A DNA stretch of 10,460 bases from Bdellovibrionota bacterium (GTDB lineage Bacteria; Bdellovibrionota_C; UBA2361; OMII01). Under the pieces are notes generated by a model, which saw nothing but the letters and a program-made list of their open reading frames with translations, was not told where the DNA came from and did no database searches. A program made the position numbers and the translations under genes. Shown in pieces: positions 1-6,791 of this stretch. The first letter of the stretch is position 1; the number at the start of each line of letters is the position of its first letter. The stretch spans positions 1 through 10,460 of the forward strand of contig JBIKWQ010000096.1 of assembly GCA_044356215.1 (NCBI GenBank). The letters are read 5' to 3'.

Positions 1-144
1 GCAATCACCGAAGTTTCCAAGCTCAAGTCTATTTATACGCGCTCGTATGACAGCTCTCGCTTTGACATCTTTCAAATGTAATAGCCAATCGAGAAAGGCG
101 CTCTTGCCACGCTTCTGCTCGTAAATAACTATCGTCTGATTCAT
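1..144 (-). CDS. RelE/ParE-superfamily addiction-module killer protein (HI1419/COG3657-like), 5' part; runs off the left edge
   Basis: Not in the ORF track. Manual translation from ATG 144 gives MNQTIVIYEQKRGKSAFLDWLLHLKDVKARAVIRARINRLELGNFGDC..., containing the family pattern F.DWL..LKD..A...I.ARI.RL..GNFGD. It has its own promoter. Confidence 0.85.
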   Translation of the reverse strand, partial: MNQTIVIYEQKRGKSAFLDWLLHLKDVKARAVIRARINRLELGNFGDC

Positions 145-150
145 ACCTAT

Positions 151-179
151 AATGTAGCTTTAAAGCTACTATGCGTCAA
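151..179 (-). promoter_or_regulatory. sigma70 promoter with palindromic operator for the left-edge TA operon
   Basis: Minus strand TTGACG-17 nt-TACATT-6 nt-ATG. A perfect 16-bp palindrome GTAGCTTTAAAGCTAC (154-169) overlaps the spacer and -10. Confidence 0.75.
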
Positions 180-209
180 GATTATAGTAAAACGTCCGTG
201 TTTTGAGTA

Positions 210-274
210 GGATAACAAAAGTGCCCACTCGGATTTCGACCTGCCGGTCGAAACCGGTGGCTCCGACATTATGC
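210..274 (+). mobile_element. attC-like cassette recombination site (R' degenerate)
   Basis: GGATAAC-AAAAG-TGCCCACT-CGG(A)TTTCGACC-TGCC-GGTCGAAACC-GGTGGCT-CCGAC-ATTATGC. R''/L''/L'/R' spacing with unpaired C and A; R' begins ATT instead of GTT. Confidence 0.7.
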
Positions 275-329
275 CATCTCGTTGCGCTTCACTCCTTGGT
301 GTGCTTTCATCGGCGACAGAGGTGAGGAC

Positions 330-1136
330 ATGATTCAGCCTGTACATTCCAACATTTTCTCAGAATTTAGCCATTTCGGAGACTCTCTGATAGCGAAGAC
401 TCGCGAGCTGGTGCTTTCCCTGTGGAGTAAAAACTCTATTCACTCTGAGCTGAAGGAGGATCAGACCCCGGTGAGCGAAGTTGATCTTCGCTGCGAAGAG
501 CTGGTTAGACGGCATGTAAGACAGGCATTCCCCTCTCATGGGATTGTAGGTGAGGAGTTCGGATGGGAGAACAAAGGAGCTGAATTTACATGGACTATTG
601 ATCCCATCGACGGCACTCAGAACCTCATTAATCGAATTCCAACCTTTGGAATCATCCTGGGACTCCTTCATAAAGGTCAGCCGATCCTGGGGTGGATTGA
701 TCATCCTGTCTTGGGGGATTCTCTTCGCGGTGGAGTGGGAGTGGGGACTTTTTTCAACGGCACCAAGGTAACCTTGAATGATATACCAGAGTCAGGGCTC
801 ACTCCGAACGATATAATTGCGACAAATTGCCCCGCGACATTTGCTAGAGGCGACCACTTGTCAGTTCTCGATGCGATTCTTCGGTTTCACCCATACTCCA
901 GGATCTACTACGACGTGTACTCTCACTCTCTCGCCATACGGGGTAGTCTCGCGGTAATGGTCGAATACAATCTTAAAATTTGGGATTTGTCGGCAACAAA
1001 GGCGCTTATTCTGGGCGCAGGGGGCGCATTTCAAGAGCTTGGTAGCGAAGAGCTGACTGACGGGATGAGGCTGTTTCACGCGGCATTTGGCAAGAAGCGA
1101 GCCGTGAATCTCATGGCACAAGCATTATTGGATTAG
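330..1136 (+). CDS. Inositol monophosphatase family protein (HisN-like histidinol-phosphatase possible)
   Basis: Motifs EVDLRCEE, GEE, WTIDPIDGT and KIWD. ATG 330 is preceded by GAGGTGAGG and is preferred to TTG 282. Confidence 0.88.
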   Translation: MIQPVHSNIFSEFSHFGDSLIAKTRELVLSLWSKNSIHSELKEDQTPVSEVDLRCEELVRRHVRQAFPSHGIVGEEFGWENKGAEFTWTIDPIDGTQNLINRIPTFGIILGLLHKGQPILGWIDHPVLGDSLRGGVGVGTFFNGTKVTLNDIPESGLTPNDIIATNCPATFARGDHLSVLDAILRFHPYSRIYYDVYSHSLAIRGSLAVMVEYNLKIWDLSATKALILGAGGAFQELGSEELTDGMRLFHAAFGKKRAVNLMAQALLD

Positions 1137-1179
1137 TTACGCGGCTCCTTTAAAGGGTATATCAGAGAGGCCGTGCTAA

Positions 1180-1188
1180 TGATACCGT
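1180..1188 (+). promoter_or_regulatory. Extended -10 promoter for the first brnT operon
   Basis: TGaTACCGT ends 6 nt before ATG 1195, the same spacing as three other TA promoters here. No good -35. Confidence 0.45.
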
Positions 1189-1194
1189 CAGACT

Positions 1195-1470
1195 ATGACT
1201 TTGCTCTTCGAATGGGACGCCTCCAAGGCCCGATCAAATATAAAAAAGCACGGAATCTCTTTTGAAGAGGCCACTACTATTTTCGGTGATCCACGAGCAA
1301 TTACCATTGAATCCTCAATAGTTAGCGGCGAGAAGAGACTGGTCACAATCGGCCGCTCTGCCAAAGGTCGGTTTGTCATAGTGGTGGTACATACCGATAG
1401 AAATGATAGAATAAGAGTTATAAGTGCTCGGCCCGCCAGCAGGGCGGAGCGGAAGCAATACGAGGGCTGA
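1195..1470 (+). CDS. brnT: BrnT-family ribonuclease toxin
   Basis: FEWD..KA.SN.KKHGISFEEA..IF.DP, E.R..TIG.S and IRVISAR.A...ERKQYE. Confidence 0.92.
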   Translation: MTLLFEWDASKARSNIKKHGISFEEATTIFGDPRAITIESSIVSGEKRLVTIGRSAKGRFVIVVVHTDRNDRIRVISARPASRAERKQYEG

Positions 1471-1474
1471 TGAT

Positions 1475-1684
1475 ATGAAGCAGGAATATGACTTCTCTGA
1501 GGGTGTACGGGGCAAATACTTCATGCGTTATCAGGCAGGCTCAAATGTGGTGATTCTCGATCCTGAAATTGCCAAGATATTTAAAGACTCTGCATCCGTA
1601 AATGACGCCCTCCGCGCTCTTATCCTAGCGGCCGGGCATAACAAGACTCTGCTGCGGACGCGCAAGGCGCGCCGCAGAGCGTAG
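1475..1684 (+). CDS. BrnA-like antitoxin; C-terminal tail encoded by the attC
   Basis: MKQEYDFSEGVRGKY...VILDPEIAKIF.DS.SVNDALRALI, starting 4 nt after brnT. ATG 1475 is preferred to the ORF-track start at 1424. Confidence 0.82.
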   Translation: MKQEYDFSEGVRGKYFMRYQAGSNVVILDPEIAKIFKDSASVNDALRALILAAGHNKTLLRTRKARRRA

Positions 1685-1692
1685 CGTCATCC
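1636..1692 (+). mobile_element. attC-like site overlapping the antitoxin 3' end
   Basis: GCATAAC-AAGAC-TCTGCTGC-GG(A)CGCGC-AAG-GCGCGCC-GCAGAGC-GTAGC-GTCATCC. R' reads GTC instead of GTT. Confidence 0.75.
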
Positions 1693-1710
1693 AGCTAAAC
1701 AAAGTAATGT

Positions 1711-2007
1711 ATGGGTTCAGAAGATATTCAAAACAAATTTAAAACTCGTGGGATTGGGCGAGGTGGAGCTCTTTTCCTGCGAGCAGATGGTGCACTCGAA
1801 TTAATTACCGAGGTAGATAATTCAAATTTACCAATTTTTGGAATCGAATGTTTTGTCTTAACTTCTGAGGAAGCCAAGCCATTACCTGGCCAGATGTTGG
1901 ACCTGTGGAATGGCGAAGCCGGAGATACCTGGGTGACGGCTAAAGAGCGCTTAAACTCGCGTGATGATAAAGGCTTTTGTTTTGAAGTCGTAGTTGGAGA
2001 TGCCTAA
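1711..2007 (+). CDS. Hypothetical protein resembling Imm40/colicin-E5-type immunity proteins
   Basis: 98 aa cassette-sized ORF starting 18 nt after R'. Pattern L.L...ALE.I......NLPIFGIECF.....W..AK..L.....FEVV recalls those immunity families (by eye only). Confidence 0.5.
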   Translation: MGSEDIQNKFKTRGIGRGGALFLRADGALELITEVDNSNLPIFGIECFVLTSEEAKPLPGQMLDLWNGEAGDTWVTAKERLNSRDDKGFCFEVVVGDA

Positions 2008-2014
2008 ACTGGCA

Positions 2015-2021
2015 GGATAAC
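2015..2021 (+). mobile_element. Isolated R'' box of a truncated attC
   Basis: GGATAAC lies 7 nt after the stop at 2007 and is near-complementary to this cassette's leading GTCATCC. The rest of the attC is absent. Confidence 0.4.
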
Positions 2022-2033
2022 ATATTAATCGCA

Positions 2034-2072
2034 ATAATAAGCCTTGCCTTATTATAAGCCCAAACTTATACT
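2034..2072 (+). promoter_or_regulatory. sigma70 promoter with two tandem ATAAG-N6-CTTAT operators
   Basis: TTGCCT(2044-2049)-17 nt-TATACT(2067-2072)-6 nt-GTG. Inverted repeats ATAATAAG-N6-CTTATTAT (2034-2055) and TATAAG-N6-CTTATA (2053-2070). Confidence 0.78.
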
Positions 2073-2078
2073 ATGTAG

Positions 2079-2411
2079 GTGAAGGTACGGTACTACAAAA
2101 CGGCGAGTGGTCGGAGCCCAGTAGAAGAGTTTATCTTGGGGCTGCCAGCCGCTACTCGGCTGGAAATCGTTGATGCGATAGTGCTTTTGCAGGGCGGGGC
2201 TCATTTATCAATGCCTCTGAGCAGGAACCTAGCTAGTATTAGACCGGGGCTTCATGAGTTGAGAGTTAGAGATCGGGCGGGACAGGTTCGGGTATTTTAT
2301 TACCTGAAGAGAGGTGAGGCGATTTACCTGATTCATGCTCTCCGCAAGAAGACTCAGCAGATCCCGGCGCGTGAGTTAGAGGTTGTGCTAAAAAGAATTA
2401 AGGAGATCTGA
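2079..2411 (+). CDS. RelE/ParE-family toxin (Gp49/DUF891, HigB-like toxin-first operon)
   Basis: YYKT.SGRSPV.EFI..L, L.MPLSR.L...GL.ELRV, RVFY and IYLIHA..KKTQ..P.RELE. Confidence 0.88.
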   Translation: MKVRYYKTASGRSPVEEFILGLPAATRLEIVDAIVLLQGGAHLSMPLSRNLASIRPGLHELRVRDRAGQVRVFYYLKRGEAIYLIHALRKKTQQIPARELEVVLKRIKEI

Positions 2412-2412
2412 T

Positions 2413-2694
2413 ATGCCGTGGAAAGAAATGAGTGTAGAGCAGCTGGCCAAATCTCTAGGAGCTAATGTGACAGAGGTGAGAGAAAAGCAGCGATTGATCA
2501 CTATGATCGTTAAAGTCCGAAAGGCAAAAAAAATGTCTCAGGCAGTATTGGCAAAGAAGCTAGGGGTGAGTCAGGCCCGGGTAGCCCAGATTGAAAGTGG
2601 CGTGGGGACGGCCAAGATAAGCTTCGATGTGATCTTTAGTATTTTAACGGCATTAGGATACGATTACAGAGTTACAACCCGTAAGGCGGCATGA
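2413..2694 (+). CDS. XRE-family HTH antitoxin
   Basis: RKAKKMSQAVLAKKLGVSQARVAQIESG helix-turn-helix. Starts 1 nt after the toxin stop; its TGA lies in the attC R'' box. Confidence 0.88.
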   Translation: MPWKEMSVEQLAKSLGANVTEVREKQRLITMIVKVRKAKKMSQAVLAKKLGVSQARVAQIESGVGTAKISFDVIFSILTALGYDYRVTTRKAA

Positions 2695-2744
2695 CAAAAA
2701 TATCCAGCAGAGGGCTGCCGCCTCTGCTGATACGGACGTTATCC
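2689..2744 (+). mobile_element. attC-like site
   Basis: GCATGAC-AAAAA-TATCCAGC-AGAGGGCTGCCGCCTCT-GCTGATA-CGGAC-GTTATCC. L'' minus one C is exactly complementary to L'; R'' reads GAC instead of AAC. Confidence 0.78.
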
Positions 2745-2770
2745 TGTATTCATAATTGGAAATTTTAGAT

Positions 2771-3112
2771 ATGCAATACGTGTTTAGAGAACCCAAGAAT
2801 CCCTCTTTTGAGAAGGTTGGAATTGTCGGACGGATATTCCCCAGTACATCTGCAAGTTCAAAGGTCGAATTCTTTACCGTTACTACTGAAACGGGTCATG
2901 AAACCGCAATCATCGAGCATGGATGTGATTTTTGCTATTACCTGCTCGAAGGCTCAGGAGTTTTTCTTATTAATGAATCGGAGCACCACTGTGAAAAAGG
3001 CGATCTTGTTGCGATTCCTCAGGGAACCAAATTTACTTATAGAGGAGCTCTTAGAATGTTTGTCGCCTCCGTACCACCTTGGAGCGAAGAGCAAGAAGAA
3101 ACTGTCGAATAG
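2771..3112 (+). CDS. Cupin-domain protein
   Basis: IEH.CDFCYYLLEGSG.F.IN and KGDLVAIPQGTKFTYRG cupin motifs. ATG 2771 preferred; TTG 2756 is the alternative. Confidence 0.8.
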   Translation: MQYVFREPKNPSFEKVGIVGRIFPSTSASSKVEFFTVTTETGHETAIIEHGCDFCYYLLEGSGVFLINESEHHCEKGDLVAIPQGTKFTYRGALRMFVASVPPWSEEQEETVE

Positions 3113-3180
3113 CTTTTACATATGAAGGGGTGATGAATTTAAATAAAAGTTGCCTATCTCAGCTGTGGTGATAGATTGAT

Positions 3181-3236
3181 GGATAACAAATCAACCCACT
3201 AGAGACTAAACGCTCTCGTGGCTTTGAACGTTATCC
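3181..3236 (+). mobile_element. attC-like site with intact cores
   Basis: GGATAAC-AAATC-AACCCACT-AGAGACTAAACGCTCT-CGTGGCT-TTGAAC-GTTATCC; R'' and R' are perfectly complementary. Confidence 0.8.
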
Positions 3237-3237
3237 T

Positions 3238-3569
3238 TTAAAAGCCGATCCTCGTTTTCTTCTGTTCGATCGGCTTCTCAAGTTGCGCGAGTAGAAATCG
3301 AATCTCTTGCAGCTCCTGCTCATGTTGCGCGAAGCCCTGAGCGAGGCGTTTCTCAATGTCTTGCAGGCGCCGCTTCAGCTCGCCGTGCTCGGCAAGCATC
3401 GTTCTCATGCGAATAAAGGTGCGCACGACCAGAATACTGGCGTGAATCGCGATCTGGCTGCTTAGGACGTTAGCGGCCATGACGGCACCATGCTCGGTAA
3501 ACACATATGGTCGATAGCGACGTCCGCCTTTAGGTGCATTTGAGGTCGCAAATTGCGACCTCAAACTTG
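3238..3569 (-). pseudogene. ORF6N-domain protein, 3' part (interrupted by group II intron)
   Basis: SLRSQFATS..GGRRYRPYVFTEHGAVMAANVL.S..A...SI.VVR.FI.MR, then a coiled coil and terminal KTRIGF. Joins in frame with 5608-5794. Confidence 0.88.
3539..3565. repeat. Perfect 13-bp inverted repeat inside the ORF6N coding sequence (intron target hairpin)
   Basis: TTTGAGGTCGCAA-A-TTGCGACCTCAAA, followed by CTTG and then the intron 5' end. Confidence 0.9.
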
Positions 3570-5607
3570 GTGCGAGTGGCATGTGTACGCGGTTCCGGTG
3601 AAAGACCGGAACGACGCCTTAACGGGAGGAAGTTAACACCTACGAGGCAAGGGCTTGCCCGCGAGGGTTGGTCGATTGGAAGCCTATGGTGAAGTATGAG
3701 CCTGAACGGATAGTGAAGCGTCTAAGAGGCTTAGAGGTGCGGGAGAGCGAGCCAACAGTCGCGAATCCCAATACCCGTTGGTAGCGCCCCTGAGTAGAGA
3801 CGACAGGTAGCATACGAAGCTGCGTACACTTACCCACTGAGAACTCTCGGCGTCCTGGTGGCAACACTAGGTAGGAACCGACTCGGGGAAGGCCCCAGGA
3901 ACCATAACGACGAGAGTAGTCGGATATCAGCATAGTACCCAAAGGGTCTTGAAAGAGACACCGAGTCCGCAGGTGACGAAAGCCGGTTAGGACAGGGAAG
4001 GCTGATACGGTAAGGAAAGAGGTGAGGCAACTAGGAATGTTTGGTAACAAAGCAGATAAATCTCGAAAGAGAACCGATTGTAAAGCGGGCGACAACCTAA
4101 TGACGCCTGTTCAGCAACCGGCCGCCAAGGTTACAAACAGGAAAGAGAATGCAACACCCGCAATAGTAATGGAGGAGGTAGCAAGTGTCGTAAATCTACA
4201 AAGTGCGTTTAGAAGAGTAGAACAGAACAGAGGAGCCCCTGGAGTGGACGGACAGAGTGTGGTGGCAGTAAGACAACACCTAACTGAAGTTCTCTTCAAA
4301 CTCTCCAAGAGCCTACTAGACGGGAGCTACAACCCAGGAGAAATCCGGCGGGTGTGGATACCAAAAGCAGGAGGAGGAGAGCGACCCTTAGGGATTCCCA
4401 ATGTGATAGACCGAGTAGTGCAACAAGCGCTTCTTCAAGTAATGCAACCAAACTACGAACCAACCTTTGATGACAGCAGCCACGGGTTTCGCCCTGGAAG
4501 GAGCTGCCATACAGCTATAGCGCAAGCTAAAGAGTATGTAAGGGATGGAAGCGAGTGGGTGGTGGACATAGACTTGGAGCGCTTTTTCGACACGGTGAAT
4601 CACCAAAGGTTACAGAGTAAGCTTGAACAGACGATAGAGGATAAGCGCATTATAAGACTGATAAAATTCATGCTGAAGGCGAAAGTTGTAATGCCGGATG
4701 GAGTGGTGATTGAAAATGAGCAGGGCACCCCACAGGGTGGCCCCCTGTCACCACTGCTGAGTAATATAGTGCTTAATGAGCTTGACCAAGAATTGCGGAA
4801 ACGTGGGCACAGCTTTGTTCGCTATGCCGACGATTGCAACATCTACGTAAGAAGTAAAGCAGCTGCGGAGAGAGTTTTAGAGAGTATATCACAGTTTATC
4901 GAACGGCGAATGCGCCTCAAGGTGAACAAAGTAAAGAGCGCGGTTGGCGAAACTGGCACGAGAAGTTTTCTGGGATTTAGCCTGGAATACAGTGTCGAAA
5001 CCGACTCAGTTGCCGTGAAACTCTCTGAAAAGAGCCTTAAGAAGATATCGCTCAAGATAGTGGAGAACTCACCCCGCAACTGGGGTGCCTCACTTGAAAG
5101 GTGCATTCTAAGCTGTAATCGATACCTGCGCGGATGGATGGAGTATTTCAAAATAATCAGTCCAACCGAACAACCGAAACTACAAAGATTAGATGCACAT
5201 CTACGCCGACGACTTCGAGCCATCCAGCTCAAGCAATGGCGGAGACGTAGGACGATAGTACAGCGCCTTACCCAACTTGGAGCGAGGAAAGCAACAGCGT
5301 GGCGCACGGTGTATGGAGGACGTAAATCCATCTGGCACCTGTCACATACCCCAGTAACACACCGAGCACTACGGAACGCATACTTTGCGAATCGAGGACT
5401 AGTGTCACTGGCGGAACGCTGGCAGCAAATTCAACCCAAACCTATTGTACAGATGCAGTTTGCGTTTGTATGACTTAGGTAGCAATACCGCTGGGGAACT
5501 ATGCCTCCGATGGAGGCAAACGTACCTAGCCCGAAGAGCCGTATGTGAGAACCACAAGTACGGTTCCGTGAGAGCAGGGGGAAGGTAACTTCCCCTAGCT
5601 ACTCGAC
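3570..5607 (+). mobile_element. Complete group II intron, IIC-like (2038 nt)
   Basis: 5' GTGCGAGTGGCATG. D3-like TATCAGCATAGTACCC...GGGAAGGCTGATA. D5 GAGCCGTATGTGAGAACCACAAGTACGGTTC (5536-5566). D6 5570-5604 with GTAA loop and bulged A5601. 3' end CTCGAC. Removal restores the host reading frame. Confidence 0.92.
4022..5473 (+). CDS. ltrA: Group II intron reverse transcriptase/maturase, no endonuclease domain
   Basis: GAPGVDG, IPK.GG.RPLGIP.V.DRVVQQA, SHGFRPGRS, VVDIDLERFFD, GTPQGGPLSPLL.NI, RYADD, FLGF and a class C-like thumb (RGW..YF; RRRLRAIQLKQW; AL.NAYF..RGL.SL). Start uncertain: 4022, 4037, 4100 or 4169. Confidence 0.95.
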   Translation: MRQLGMFGNKADKSRKRTDCKAGDNLMTPVQQPAAKVTNRKENATPAIVMEEVASVVNLQSAFRRVEQNRGAPGVDGQSVVAVRQHLTEVLFKLSKSLLDGSYNPGEIRRVWIPKAGGGERPLGIPNVIDRVVQQALLQVMQPNYEPTFDDSSHGFRPGRSCHTAIAQAKEYVRDGSEWVVDIDLERFFDTVNHQRLQSKLEQTIEDKRIIRLIKFMLKAKVVMPDGVVIENEQGTPQGGPLSPLLSNIVLNELDQELRKRGHSFVRYADDCNIYVRSKAAAERVLESISQFIERRMRLKVNKVKSAVGETGTRSFLGFSLEYSVETDSVAVKLSEKSLKKISLKIVENSPRNWGASLERCILSCNRYLRGWMEYFKIISPTEQPKLQRLDAHLRRRLRAIQLKQWRRRRTIVQRLTQLGARKATAWRTVYGGRKSIWHLSHTPVTHRALRNAYFANRGLVSLAERWQQIQPKPIVQMQFAFV

Positions 5608-5794
5608 CAACTTCTTGAACTTCCAGTTGAAACATGAAGTCCTCAGGGAAACGTTCGCGATTTCGCTTCACCTGTTCATTAAGGCGTTTTGTTGATGTCC
5701 CATACAGTCGAGCAAGGTCTTGATCGAGTATGACCCGTTGCCCCCTTATAGTGAGAATAGCGCCCTCTATATTCGTTGCTGTGTCTCGTTCCAT
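5608..5794 (-). pseudogene. ORF6N-domain protein, 5' part (interrupted by group II intron)
   Basis: IRGQRVILDQDLARLYGTSTKRLNEQVKRNRERFPEDFMFQL is the ORF6N signature. The ORF-track extension to 5405 is read-through into the antisense intron. Confidence 0.9.
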
Positions 5795-5846
5795 ATGGAG
5801 TATTAATCGACCATGCCCAGGGGAAGTTGCTTGATCGAGGGCAAGG

Positions 5847-5902
5847 TGATAACAATTGAAGCAAGCAGAGATCTACGCGTCTGCTGCTTCTAGCCGTTAT
5901 CT
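5847..5902 (+). mobile_element. attC-like site with intact cores
   Basis: TGATAAC-AATTG-AAGCAAGC-AGAGATCTACGCGTCT-GCTGCTT-CTAGCC-GTTATCT; the next ATG is 9 nt downstream. Confidence 0.78.
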
Positions 5903-5911
5903 CAAGAAATT

Positions 5912-6610
5912 ATGCTCCGAGCGCAACTAGAATCCGATCGATTCCACCACGAGTACTATTCAAGCCACGCTCTTTTCGAGGCAGGTACGTGGTTGGAAAA
6001 GCCGAACAGCTCCGTCATGGAGCTCGGCTCTTTCCTGGTAGGGAGAGATGGTGTCCGGGCTCTCGACTTAGGGGCCGGCGTTGGCAGAAACTCGATTCCG
6101 TTCGTTAAGTTGTTCGGTTCGGGAGCAGTGCTTTGCGACTGTGTGGAGATCTTGCCGATGGCGGTGGAGAAGCTGCGCGAAAATGCAAAAGTCTTCGACG
6201 TAGCGGACAGAATAGTACCGATTTGCTCAACAGTCTCCGAGTATCAGATAGCGCCGGAGGTATACGATCTAGTAATGGCGATGTCAGTGCTTGAGCACGC
6301 ATATGATCGCGATACTATCTCTAATGGAATAAGAACGATTCAGGCAGGTACCAAGATCGCCGGCTTTAACTGCCTTAGTTTCGCTACAGATTTAACAGAG
6401 ACTGACCTCGACACTGGACGAGCGCTAGAGCCACTCATTAGTACGCGGCTGTCAAAAGAAGAATGTCGCTCTCTTTTTTCCGCGCTCTACGCAGATTGGG
6501 AGATTCAAAAGTTAGACTTCTCTAGTTTTGGCGAGCAACTAAATCGGAACGGGAGAACGATTAGTTGGAGAGCGAATTATTGCATTTTCGTCGCTCGTAG
6601 AACTGGATAG
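5912..6610 (+). CDS. Class I SAM-dependent methyltransferase (TehB-like)
   Basis: Motif I ALDLGAGVGRNSI, acidic CVE after beta2, YDLVMAMSVLEH. The stop codon lies in the R'' box of the next attC remnant. Confidence 0.88.
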   Translation: MLRAQLESDRFHHEYYSSHALFEAGTWLEKPNSSVMELGSFLVGRDGVRALDLGAGVGRNSIPFVKLFGSGAVLCDCVEILPMAVEKLRENAKVFDVADRIVPICSTVSEYQIAPEVYDLVMAMSVLEHAYDRDTISNGIRTIQAGTKIAGFNCLSFATDLTETDLDTGRALEPLISTRLSKEECRSLFSALYADWEIQKLDFSSFGEQLNRNGRTISWRANYCIFVARRTG

Positions 6611-6675
6611 CAATACAAGGCAGATGGACCGCACCACGCCCGGGCTCTGGGCGGCCGCTGCTCGAAACCACATCG
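6605..6675 (+). mobile_element. Degenerate attC remnant (R' lost)
   Basis: GGATAGC-AATAC-AAGGCAGA-TGG(A)CCGC...GCGGCC-GCTGCTC-GAAAC, then CACATCG where GTT is expected. Confidence 0.5.
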
Positions 6676-6791
6676 ACTCAGCACTAAAATCCGAGTCTTC
6701 TCTCTTGGCCTCCGGTGGTTGCTCAAGTTTAGCTAATAGGAATCGTATTCCTGGAGCTCCTCCGCATGTTAAGTATTCTGATTGAGGGCCT

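Noticed and set aside
1..81. Plus-strand open frame ending at TAA 79-81
   Set aside because: It is the antisense shadow of the clearly recognisable minus-strand toxin.
147..347. 66-aa minus ORF, and similarly 6539-6958, 5679-5864 and 10220-10426
   Set aside because: They run across attC or promoter DNA and overlap better-supported genes.
2705..2729. Hairpin as an intrinsic terminator (also 235-253 and 5858-5890)
   Set aside because: No U-tract on the gene strand, and the hairpins are better explained as the L/inner stems of attC sites.
3640..5331. Minus-strand ORFs 3640-4095, 3830-4030, 4111-4308, 4388-4606 and 4843-5331
   Set aside because: They are antisense to the intron ribozyme or RT and show no recognisable motifs.
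4022..5473. RT as a retron, DGR, CRISPR-associated or defence RT
   Set aside because: It has a maturase thumb domain, flanking D5/D6, GTGCG...AC ends and exact exon rejoining. I saw no template/variable repeat pair or cas genes.
3238..5794. ORF-track entries 3238-3582 and 5405-5794 as independent genes
   Set aside because: They are halves of one ORF6N gene; the extra residues come from antisense intron sequence.
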